NCBI RefSeq assembly: GCF_006345805.1
Contig: NC_043001.1
Span: 84,382,001-84,446,000, forward strand
Length of the DNA: 64,000 nucleotides
Reading direction: 5' to 3'
From: Octopus sinensis
Taxonomy: Eukaryota
Below, piece after piece: positions 29,079 through 42,086 of this stretch. Below the pieces are notes generated by a model, which did no database searches, had not been told where the DNA came from, and saw only the letters and a program-made list of their open reading frames with translations. Position 1 is the stretch's first letter. Each line of letters starts with the position of its first letter. The position numbers were made by a program, and so were the translations under genes.

Positions 29079-31607
29079 TGGGTAGTCATGATGGGTATAT
29101 TGGGCTTCGTATATTTTACCCCAGTGTCACTTTGATGGCATGCACTGCTCTCTCACTCAATAATAATAATAATAATAATAATTCTTTCTACAAAAGGCAC
29201 ATGTCCTGAAATTTTGGGGAGGGGACAAGTCGATTACATTGACCCTTGTGTTTCACTGTTACTTAATTTATCGACCCCCTAAAGGATGAAAGGCAAAGCT
29301 GACCTCCGTCGAATTTGAACTCAGAATGAGGCGACAGGTGAAATGCCGCTGAGTATTTTGTCCAATGTAATAACGATTTTGTCAGTTCAATAATAACAAT
29401 TCTTGCCACTCACCGAATGCAAATTGAAGGGAAACCCTATCGGTTTGCGCATTGTAAGGTCTGTTGAAGCGAATCACCACAGTGAATGAGAATCCTCTTC
29501 TCAAGACGAGTTTTGGGATTTGTTTCTCGTTCTCGTCGTTCACCTTTGATGTTATCGAATACTCGTCAGTCTCATGCTTATTCGTGTTCTTCAGAATTTT
29601 GAAGTCAACATCTTCAACTTTCAAGCAGCCAGGAGTCGGATCTAAAATATAAAAAATACACAGGTAAATAAATAATATATGTATATCAATAGCAGTTAGT
29701 TGTAGATAAATAATTTTGGCATTTATAGTTAAGCACAACCTAAGACAAACTAAACAGAACAAATCACATCACGTTATCTTCACATGTGTGTGTGCGTGTG
29801 TGCGTGTGCGCGTGTGCGTGCGTGCGCGTGTGCGCGTGTGTGCGTGTGCGCTGAGATTCGTTGCCATCAAACTAAACGCAATGCTCAATCCTTCATCTCC
29901 TATAATATCGTCCCTCTGAAATCACTTCCCCGCTCATTTCTCTCCTGCTGCTATTGACCTAGAAAAAAGGTAGGATATAGGAAGCATATATTATTTCTCC
30001 CCCTCTCTTTCTCTCATCTTTCGTTGGCTCTGCACGGATAAGGAAATTAATTTCATTACTTGACTGGTACTTTATTTTATCGGCATTTGGGGATGACGAA
30101 ATGGAAAAGCTAACCTCTGTGGGATTTCAAATAAGAATGTCAGGAGCCAAAACAAATGCTGCAGATTATTCTTTCCGAGACCCTGACGATCCTGCCTATT
30201 CCTCACCCCGGGCTGTAGCTAAATAATTACTTTTCATATAGGCGCCACACGGTGTTATACTTTATGTGATGGCTAGCCGTTAAAATTAGCTCTTGTAATT
30301 CATCATCATCAATGTCTGGAATTCTTGACTCCGGTCCTAGGACTCATAAGGCTGGTTGCTCGGGTTCTATGGCGGGTAAGCGACCGAAATCACAACATTA
30401 TAACAGAACTCTAATCTGTCCCAGAGTTGAAAAAATTAATGAAAGAAAGATGACTGCCGTATTACCTAGTGAATCAAGAGTAATCATTCAAGATATATCA
30501 CGGTAAGTAAAGGTAATCTAGTATCAACTCCTGGGGCAGTTATACAGTCTCCATGATATACAAGTGACCGTGTTCATAATATTTTTCCTGAACAGGACGT
30601 CGGCCTATTGCATGTTACTCATTTACAGCTGAATGGCATAGAGCAGCATGGAATGTTTGCTTAAGAACATAGCTCACTGCCCGGTCCAAGAATCGAAGCC
30701 AAGACCCTTCAATCATAAACGGGAACGCCTTAACCGCTAGGTTATGCTCTTTCAATGGTGCAAAATGGCCTTACTTCACTGGTACTTAATTTCATCGACC
30801 CTGATAGAATGAAAGGCAAAGCTGGTATCGATATGATTTGAACTCAAAGCATAATGAGCTGGGGAAATATCACAACGCATTTTCCCCACCCTGAAACAAT
30901 TTAAGGTTTCTGTTGACCGATCGCCTTGAGCCGTAATTTAAATAACGAAAAGCATTTTCAGCGTGGAAGGTGTTTATAAGCCATTTAAGAAACACACAAA
31001 ATCCGTTAGATTCACTTAAACATTTAAATTTAATTTGTCGAAATATTTTCATCGTTTTGAGACCGCGACCTGTTCTCTGACAATATTCAGCACGGAATTT
31101 TGTCTGTGGTCTCAGAGCGGTCTCAGAGCGGTCTCAGAGCGACGAAAATATTTTGACAAATTAAATTTAAATGTTGAAGTGAATCTAACGGATTTAGTTT
31201 GTTTCTTAAATGGCTTATAAACACCTTCCACGCTGCAATTGTTTTCGTTCCAGCACACGCTCTCAGAAAAGGCCACTTGCTATTCAAGTACATTTCCGAA
31301 AAGCATTTTGTTTTACTTTAACGAATCGGCTTTGACTCGCACTTAACACAAATATACCACTAGATCTGACACTAACGATTCTTCCAACACATCGCCTTCA
31401 TTCACAATTCCAAAAAAGAATAATTAACATAATGCAACTCTGAAATAACACTTTACTTACAAAAAGAACGAAAACAAATAAAATAATTTTGAAAATAAAA
31501 CAAAAACACGAACCCACCCACTGTGCATACAAGTTACGTGAAAGTTGCCAGACTGGTGAAGTTGAGATCGCGATGTATGAATAAGCATTATTTCTGTTGT
31601 TGTTGTT

Positions 31608-31641
<34 letters not shown>

Positions 31642-32834
31642 CGGTGGTTTCTAATTTATTTGAAAGGCTGATAGTTTCCGTAAAAGCACTTGGATCGATC
31701 TTAGTGCTTCATCGGTACTTTATTTTATCAACCTCAAAAATATAAAAGGAAAAGATGACCTCAGTGGGCTTTGAAATCGGAATATAACCGGAACAAGGTA
31801 TTTTGGGGGGACTGTCAGTCCACCGCCATGAAAATCCTTTCCGCTGAAGGCACAAGGCCTGAAATTTGGCGAGAGTGGACAAGTCGATTACATCGACCCC
31901 AATGTTTCACTGTTAATTTATCAACACTGAATGGCTGAAAGGCTAAGTCGACCTCGGTGGAATTTGAACTCAAAACGTAAAGACAGACGAAATGCCCATA
32001 GGTATTTTTCCCGGCGTACTAATGATTCTACCAGCTCTCCGCCTTAATCAACCGCCATAATAGCAATGATAATGATTTTAAATTCTAGCACAAGGTCGGA
32101 AATTTCGAGAAAACAGTGCAAAGTCGATCAGATCGACCCAGTATTCAACTGGTACTTACTTCATCGATCCCGAAACGATGAAAGGCAAAGTCGACCTTGA
32201 CGACAATTGAGTACAGAACGTAAAAGACGGACGAAATGCAGCTATGCATTTTGTCCGGCGTGCTAAAAATTCTGCCAGCTCTCCGCTTTAAACAGTTTGT
32301 TAATAATATCAAACAATATACTGTGAAGAGATACAGTGTATGACCATCAGAAAGTAACTATACATGTTAAAAGAAACTAACAAAGTTGAATCATACTTTA
32401 CCAACGTTTCAGTAGCAGAGACGCTAAAAGATGGATTAGCCATTGGCTTTCATATAGGACCTACTTCTGCAACTTTCTACGAGGTATTAGCAGAAGACGG
32501 GCTAATAACTGGCCAGAAACGGAAGAGAAAATTTGTGGACAGTATATGAATATACGCGTCATATTAGAAAACGTTTAGATATTAAGGAACAACACTGCGC
32601 CAAAATATAATGTTTAGAGAAGTAGGCTTTTATTCTTTTACTTGTTTCAGTCATTTGACTGCGGCCATGCTGGAGCACCGCCTTTAGTCGAGCAAATCGA
32701 CCCCGGGACTTTGTAAGCCTAGTACTTATTCTATATGTCTCTTTTTGCCGAACCGCTAAGTTACGGGGACGTAAACACACCAGCATCGGTTGTCAAGCGA
32801 TGCTGGAGGAACAAGCACAGACACACAGACATAT

Positions 32835-32865
<31 letters not shown>

Positions 32866-35381
32866 ATATGACGAGCTTCTTTCAGTTTCCGCCTACCAAA
32901 TCCACTCACATGGCTTTAGTCGGCCCGAGGCTATAGTAGAAGACACTTGCCCAAGAAGCCAACCACGTGGTTGGTAAGCAAGCTACTTACCACACAGCCA
33001 CTCTTGCGCCTATATAAATATAAATCCTATAAGTATATATATAAATCCTAGCAATATCACGCGTATCCATTCCTAGATATGAAAATTCAGATGGTCCATA
33101 ACAGATTTATCATATTGATTTATATCATAAACAAAACTACATGCATTTATTTATAGAGAGATAGCAAATGTGTTCATAAATGCAAAATATAATTAAAATC
33201 CTAATCTATAAACGAAACACTGAAAAAAAGACATTCACCGAAAAAAAAAAACCTTAACCAACAACGGGTATTCTAACAAAACGAATAAGCCATCAAACAA
33301 CACACCTATAAATAGAAAGCAAGAAATACCTCATACACTAAGCCTATTAAAATACACAAACCGCACATAAATGGTTTATTTGAGTCCACTACATATTAAC
33401 TACAAAACAGATAATAGGTAAAATGTCTCAAATAAAACAATTATTACACTAATCCATAAACCAACACAGATAATATAATATAATACGAATATAATATAAT
33501 ACGAAACGCTATAATTAAAACCTTATTAAGAACAGAGCACAAGTATGTAAGCCTACGAACATTTTAGTAATGTTCGACGTGTTTTCTTTTTTATTTGACT
33601 TTAACGAGAAAATAGTGAACTTCACGAGTCTAACTGTTATATTGGGTTCAAAAATACACCACTCTCCTGTCAACTGCTCTTACACTTACCTCAATAAACA
33701 GCAGTGGTGCTCGTTGACACGCAACAACATTAGATAGCTTTATATTCATGGACATCATATCTAAGCCATCTTTGCACAACATGCAATTAAAAAAAATGAC
33801 CATTTAATAGTCAATTATATCTAATTGCGAACGAAATGAAAACGCTTCGGATTACAACGAAAACGGAAGATCATTGAAAGACTAGTAGAAGCACTTCGTC
33901 GGTTACGACGACGAGGGTCCCAGCTGCTACGATCAGCGGAACAGCTTTCTCGTGAGATTGACGTGCAAGTGGTTGAGCAATCCACAGACACGTGTACCCC
34001 TAACATAGTTCTCAGAGAGATTCAGCGTGACACAGAGTGTGACAAGGCCGGCCCTTTGAAATACAGGCACTACTCCTTTTTGCCAGCTGAATGGACTGAA
34101 GGAACGTGAAATAAAGTATCTTGCTCAAGGACACAACGCGTCGCCGGCAATTGAACTCACGACCTTACAATCGTGAGCCAAATGCCCTAACCACAAAGTC
34201 ACGCGCCTTCAGATTGGAAGACTAAGAACACACAAAATAAAATACCCTTTCTTTGCACAAACCTCGTCCTTAAGAAGCTACATAATTCTGACACAAATTA
34301 AATACTGGTTTTAATGTTTCCTTTTTAGTTTTTTGACAATAATTTATTAGGTAATTAGACGTTACCAACATTCAAATCTATAAACTTTCTAACCCGCACA
34401 TAACTTTTCATATTTTAATCCTTTAGTTATTATAACTGATTTTGTTTTAGACCGAATGGAGAGAATTAGAGACACACGTTGGAACAAAACTTACAGGTGA
34501 AACCCAAAGTAATAAATTTATCAAAAAAAAAAAAAACTTTCTTTGCAGCAAAATCAGTATACTCGCTAAAGGATTAAAATTTACCCCAACACCACAAAGA
34601 TCTAAGTATAATGAAAATTAAAGACACTATTTAGGAATTCTGCAGAAAACTACGAGTTACAGAAGCAATAAGTGACTACAACCACTAAGATGAATCACTG
34701 GTTAAAAACAGATGACTTCTGCGACCTTATGTAAAAATTTCCCATATACTTTCCATAAATGAAAAATTAATTCAAACTTCAACTATCTAGAATAGAAAAA
34801 TCTAATTGAACCACAAAACAACAAAGACCTGGCAATTATAGAAGCAGATAAAGGAAGTGCTGTAGTCCTGATGGACACAGAATTCGACAGAAACCTAGTT
34901 TTGTCTATGCTAAAAAACGATGTTTTCTACGGAAAAGTTGACATGTGCGCGCTTGTGTATATGTGTTTGTGAGGATCTTGAAGCGTGTTTCAATGTAAGT
35001 GGGTATTTTACGATTTGCATACAGTTTGTGCACATTTTGTTAAGAATATGAGCATAAGATATGTGAGTGGAATAAGCCGTTTGGTGCTGTGTGCGACAGT
35101 GTGTACGTGCGAAGGCGAGAATAAGTGTGTACGTGCGAAGGCGAGAATAAGTGTGCGAATGTGTGTGTGTGAATACAGGTGTCAATATAGTGGTTCAGTG
35201 AACGCTCACATAAATGTACCAGCAAATATGAACTCAGAGAGAGAAAGAGAGAGAGAGAAGGAAAGAGAGAGACACACACAAACACTCAATTGGCCTGGTT
35301 TTACGTACATCATTGCATATATTAAAGCTTCCCATACACACACACTCATGTAAAAACACACACTCGTATATATACCTGTAG

Positions 35382-35419
<38 letters not shown>

Positions 35420-35544
35420 ATGTATATAGATGGTTAAGTACATAGATAAATACATATACACAGATAGTTAAAGGGAGAGAGAGAGTTTACAGAGATAGAC
35501 GCACACTTATAAGAACACACACACACACACCATATATATATATC

Positions 35545-35599
<55 letters not shown>

Positions 35600-36660
35600 C
35601 ACGTATGTATACATATATGCAAATATAGTATGCATATATACTATATATGTGTGTGATACAGAATACAAAATATATGGGGATATATGTTGTGCGTATATAT
35701 ATGTATGACTGTTAAATTTGTGTGTGTGTGTGCGTGTATGTATGTGTTTGCGTTCTGTACCTATGTGTTGATATTGGTAAATGTCAGTCACGTTGGGTTT
35801 GTATAGAGGGCGTCAGCTGAGTTGGTGACATAATATAACTGATATATAGAAGTTACAGTAGGGTTTAAATGTTAATACAGGGTAACAGTGTGCGTGTGTT
35901 GGGTGGAAAAGAGGTGGTCGTAACGTTAAATGATGGCGAAGGTATGTCAAATAGATAATTAGGGCGGGAGAGGCACAGAAGCGGACAACTGAATAACGAG
36001 CTAGTAAATTATTTATATGTGTGTGTCTGTGTGTATAACAGTCTAAATCGGTATGTGAAAGAAAAGTATTTTGTTAAGTTATTCGTCCTTTACATTTAAA
36101 GTGGACTTAAGCATAAAGTCCGATTTTATTGAATATAATAATAAAATTGTTCCAAAGCCGTGCCTCATTATGGACACAGTCCAACGTATAAAACCATTAA
36201 AGGATACTTATAACAAACAGCTACGCACGCTCCTCCCCACGCATGGGTATTATATATACGTGACCGTGTATGTGCGTGCATGTGCGTGTGTCTGTGTGTT
36301 CACCAACACGTGTATGTATGTCTATGCGTGTATGTATGCATGTTACAAAAATACATATAGGTACATAGTTTGAGTGTCGGTTGAATAGCGTGTTAAAGTA
36401 AACCTCACCCAAAAACCTATCCGAGACAGGCAAACTAACAGATACATACAAGCTCATATGCATGAATGTAGGTGAGTGTATACATAAATTACATATACAT
36501 ATATTAGAGGCGTACGAGTGGCTGTGTGGTAAGTAGCTTGCTTACGAACCACATGGTTCCGGGTTCAGTCCCACTGCGTGGCAACTTGGCCAAGTGTCTT
36601 CTACTATAGCCTCGAGCCGTCAAAGCCTTGTGATTGACGGAAACTGAAAGAAGCCCGTCG

Positions 36661-36692
<32 letters not shown>

Positions 36693-38440
36693 CATATATA
36701 TATCATATATATATATATATATGTGTGTGTGTATGTCCAACATCGCTTGACAACCGATGCTGGTGTGGTTACGTCCCCGTAACTTAGTGGTTTGGCAAAA
36801 GTAAAAGAATATATATATTTATATATACATACATGTATATATATACACCTACACGTGTGTGTGTGTGTGTGTGTATATACATACATACATATATATATAC
36901 ACAATAGGTACAAGGCCGGAGATTTTGGGGAAGGAGACTAGTTGATTACCTTGACCTAAGTTTGAACTCGTAACAGAAAGTTATAAAAAGACCAATCAAA
37001 TATCGCTTAATGTGCGTGTGTGACTGCACGTACATAGTTACATAGCGCGTAAACACGCTTTCCCTACAGACATACTTGTACACCCACTTATGTGAAAAAC
37101 AAAGTGGAGCATCTGATCATGTGAATTGCTTGATTTAAAAAAGAAAAAAACACAAAACAATTTTTTTTTTGAAAAAAAGCACACCACTTCATATAACATT
37201 AAGATAAACCCTCCACTAAACAATACATGCTGAAGAAACAAAAGATACTTTTATTTCTCTCAACTAATGGTCATAAAACTAATTATTTTTCTGCTTTTGG
37301 CGAGTGGGCAGATGTAACTGTGACTTATAAAGTAGGCAGAGTCATAGGTAGAGTAATAACCGAAAGTCAAGGCGGCGAGCTGGCAGAAACGTTAGCACGC
37401 AAGGCGAAATGCTTAGCGGTATTTCGTCTGCCGTTACGTTGTGAGTTCAAATTCCATCGAGGTCGACTTTACCATTCATCCTTTCGGGGTCGATAAATTA
37501 AGTACCAGTTATGCACTGGGGTCGATATAATCGATTTAATCCGTTTGTCTGTCCTCTCTGTGTTTAGCCCCTTGTGGGTAGTAAAGAAATAGGTATTTCG
37601 TCTGTCTTTACATTCTGTGTTCGAATTCCACCGAGGTCGACTTTGCCTTTCATCCTTTCGGGGTCGATAAATTAAGTATCAGTTGCGTGCTGGGGTCGAT
37701 CTGATTGACCGGCTTCCTCCCACAAAATTTCTAGCCGTGTGACTAGAGTAGAAAGGAATAAACGAAAGGCATGTCAAAGATCACAGACAGCAAGTGGTGT
37801 GTTGGTATGCCAAAGTTCAAAGTGCTGTAAAATATATTTTTGTCTGTTTTTCTTCCATGTAGCTTCAGGTTCAGTCCCACTGAGCGGCATTTCCGGCAAG
37901 CGTATTCCTTCTACTATTGTACCAGGTGAACCAATGCCATGTGACTGAATCTGGTGAACGTAATCTCTTTGGAAGCCCAATATTTGTCATCGTCGATTGT
38001 TTACTCTGCACGTCCATTCTGTCGTTGTTCGTTCGTTCGAAGCTCTAACTCTCCACAAATTTTGTATTGTTAAAATTTCTGGAAGCTGCTGTTTTATGAA
38101 GGGTTCCTATCTTGTCGTTGAAAGCATGAAATATGGAGTAATTAACAGTCGACAACTGAGAAGGGGTTAGACTACTTTTGGTATTTTGTTCCGTACTTGT
38201 CTCATTATAAGTTTATGTATTTTTCACTCGTTGGTGATGTCCTATACTTGATGTATTTTATGTGTGTGTGCGCGCGCGTGTGTATGCATGCTTTTATGCG
38301 TGTGTATATGCCTGCTTGTTTGTGTGTCTGTATGTTTCCCTTCCCACTGATTGACAATCGGTATTAGTGTGTTTACATCCTCGTAACTTAGCGGTTCGGT
38401 AAAAAAAAACCCAGAAAACATTTAACTACGAGACTAAAAA

Positions 38441-38482
<42 letters not shown>

Positions 38483-41400
38483 CCTGTGTCCATTTGTTAT
38501 ACTAAGTCTATGAGTGAAACGAGTAAAAAAAAAAGAAAAAAAAGGTGGGTGTGAGCTATGGTCTTTCATATTAAGCAATGCACTCCTAAAATAAAATTCA
38601 GAATTCTAAAGAATGCTAGTAACTAGCTCTCATACTGATTTATAACGTACATCTGCTCTTCCGTAAAAAGAAACAAAAAGTGAAAACAGGCAGGACCTTT
38701 GTCTTTAGATATTTGCGGACCATGTTTTAGCAAACTTAGACGGCATGATGAAAACGAGGCTATGTGTTTTGCCATCAATGTCATATCTGTTTTAGATATT
38801 AGATCAAGGCCTATGCCAGTTATGTTTCTGTTTCCTACGGGAATATCGCTATGCTAAAACACGCAACGATGAAGAAAGCGTTCTGTCACGCATCACGACT
38901 TTTTATTCAAAATACTTTATTCCAACGACCTTATTCCAACGACCTTATTCTAACGACCTTATTCTAACGACCTTGAAAGGCTGAAAGAGAAAGTCGTCCG
39001 CTGTGGCATTTGAACTCGGAATATGGAGGATGGAGAAATGCCGCTAAGCATTTTGCATGTTCGCTTCTACCAGTTCGTTTCCTTAAGACGTGACAATATA
39101 CTGACGAGAAAAGTGATGATAACACAAGCATACAGTGAAAATGATATTACTGAAGTGGATACTATGAAGGAATTGTATATGTTTAAATAACAGGCTTCCC
39201 ACAATTCTAATCTTAAGAATTGATGAGGAAAACTCCTTCATGTAGTAGAGTGGAATCTCATATCAATTGATAAATTCTACAATGTATACAGTTATTCTCT
39301 TACAGTATTTTTAGTCTGAAAAAAAGTGGGGTGTAGAGGTCCGCGCGCACGTGCTTCTATATGTATGAACGCAGTTTGGCCGAATGTAGATTGTCAGATA
39401 GAGAAGTTAAGTGGTGAGCGAAAGAACATCGTGAAAGATAAAGGCGTTTACATGAAAGGAATTAACAAGAAGTATGGAAAAAACATAGACGAAGTGGGAG
39501 GACAAGAAACAGCAAATTTGGACGTTGCAGAAAAATTTCTTGATATAACTTTATAAATTAGGTAACAAGGTGATAATGAAATGGAAAGAGATTACAGAGA
39601 AAATGATGACGAGGTTGAAGGTAATACATTTTCATTTCTAACATTGGCACAAAGGCAAAACACAATTATCACCGATGTATAGTGGAATACATAGCCCCAA
39701 GGAATTATTTGGTACTATTTGAACGACACCAAATTGAAAGAAAAGAAAATTCAAATCACGCAACTTAGACGTTCGAAAAATTAAGTGACATGCTGTTATA
39801 GTTATCAGAAACGATATGCTCCAGTAAAAACCCTTGGCGGTGGGCGAACGCTATTTAATTAATTAATTCAGTTCATTATTGCCATAATAACTTTGATTTC
39901 GGTTCAACTTGATTTGTACTGACCTGAGGAAAAACAACATCTCTCCTAGGGATCCTAACAGATAAGGAGGGATCGCCTGCTGTATCCTGTTGTCTGTTTC
40001 GAGAAAAAGACATCGATAAAATATGTACTATGCTGAAGTATTTATTAATGGCATCGTCTAATGACTGATGCCATTAAAAGACTATATATATGTATATGCG
40101 TTGTGTATGTGTGCCATCATAATGTAAACATTAATACGCCCTACCTAACTTACTATTAATGATTTGTATATCAGATGATGTTTGCACTAGATTAAATATA
40201 TTTTAATATATTTGTTTCTATATTACCCACAGGGGGCTAAACAGACAGGACAAACTAAAGGATTAAGTTGATTACATTGACCCCAATGCGTAATGGTTCT
40301 AATCTAATCAACCCCGAAAGGATGAAAGGCAAAGTTGACCTCGGCGGAATTTGAACTCAGAACGTAAAGACAGACGAAATACCTATTTCTTTACTACCCA
40401 CAAGAGAGAACAAACAAGTATAGACAAACGGATTAAGTCGATTATATCGACCCCAGTGCGTAACTGGTACTTATTTAATCGACCCCGAAAGGATGAAAGG
40501 CAAAGTTGACCTCGGCGGAATTTGAACTCAGAACGTAGCGGCAGACGAAATACAACTAAGTATTTCGCCCGGTGTGCTAACGTTTCTGCCAGTTCTCCGC
40601 CATAATATATTCTTTTCTACTCTACCCACAAGGTCCAAAATTTTGGGGGAGGGGTCCAGTCGATAAGAATGACTCCAGTACGCAACTGGTACCTAATTTA
40701 TCGACCCCGAAAGGATGAAAGGCAAAGTCAATATTAGCGGAATTTGAACTCGGAACGTAACGGCAGTCAAAATACCTATTTCTTTACTACCCACGAGGAA
40801 TTAAACACAAAGAGGACAAACAAGAGCAGACAAACGTATTAAGTCGATTATATCGACCCCAGTGCGTAACTGGTACTTATTTAATTGACCCCGAAAGGAT
40901 GAAAGGGAAAGTCGACCTCGGCGGAATTTGAACTCAGAACGTAGCGGCAGACGAAAGGCCTGGTCGGAGGCTTAGTAAAACTGAATCTGAGAGGGGAATG
41001 TGTTGAATAAAATAATTTATCCTTCTGTATTTTCTTTTATCTAAAGCCAGGAATTTTTTTAGCACTCCCTCGCATATGTGTGTATATATATATATATATA
41101 TCGTTGTTGTGTGTGTGTGTGTGTGTGTGTGTAAATAATCCTTTCTACTATAAGCACAAAGCCTCAAAATTTGGGGTCGCGTGATAGTCGATTACATCGA
41201 ACCCCAGCCCTCAGCGGGTAATTAATTTATCGACCCCGAAAGGATGAAATGCAAAGTCGACCTCGGCGAAATTTGAACACAGAACGTAGCGAAGCGTGAA
41301 TTACACATAAACATTTCTCCCGGCGTGCTTGGGTGACTGTCAAGTACTTGATTGGTACTTAATTTATCAACCCCCGAAAGGATGAAAGGCAAAGTCGACT

Positions 41401-41755
41401 CTGCAGAATTTGAACATAGAACGTAGCGGCAGATGAAATACCGCTAAACATTGTACCCTGCGAGCCACCTTACTACTACTACTACTACTACTACTAATAA
41501 GAATAATAACTATGATAATCATGAGCTTACAGTGATCACAGGGTATTGGCTACAGAAAATAAAGTAATATTCAAATATATAAGCTCTCGACGGAAAAAGG
41601 TGGGTATCAGTTCGTTGGGGGCTTGTATGGCCCATTATAAGACTGTTTTCTTTAACCAATACACGGTGATCGCTTATAAGCATTAGGCTTCTAATTATTA
41701 TTATCATTTGCGGAATTTTCACTCGTCACTGCTTTTTCTATTTAAAGTATGCATG

Positions 41756-41791
<36 letters not shown>

Positions 41792-42042
41792 TTGAAACAC
41801 TCCAGTCACAACCTGGGACGTTGAAGACTGCTTTAATACAAGAAAGTATACTAGTCCCTTAATATTTGGTATTCAATATTTCATCTATTCAATAAGACAA
41901 TCAATACTTCATTTCCTTATACTACTATATATACTTTTTACACTATATATCAATATTATAAAGAATATAAATAAAACATAAAAAACAGAGTTGGAATTTC
42001 TTTGAATAATATATATCCCTCTATACACAATCATACAAACCC

Positions 42043-42086
<44 letters not shown>

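Noticed and set aside
40220-41460. Regularly recurring conserved motif resembling a CRISPR array
   Set aside because: Eukaryotic SINE bodies with homologous rather than unique spacers, and no cas genes.
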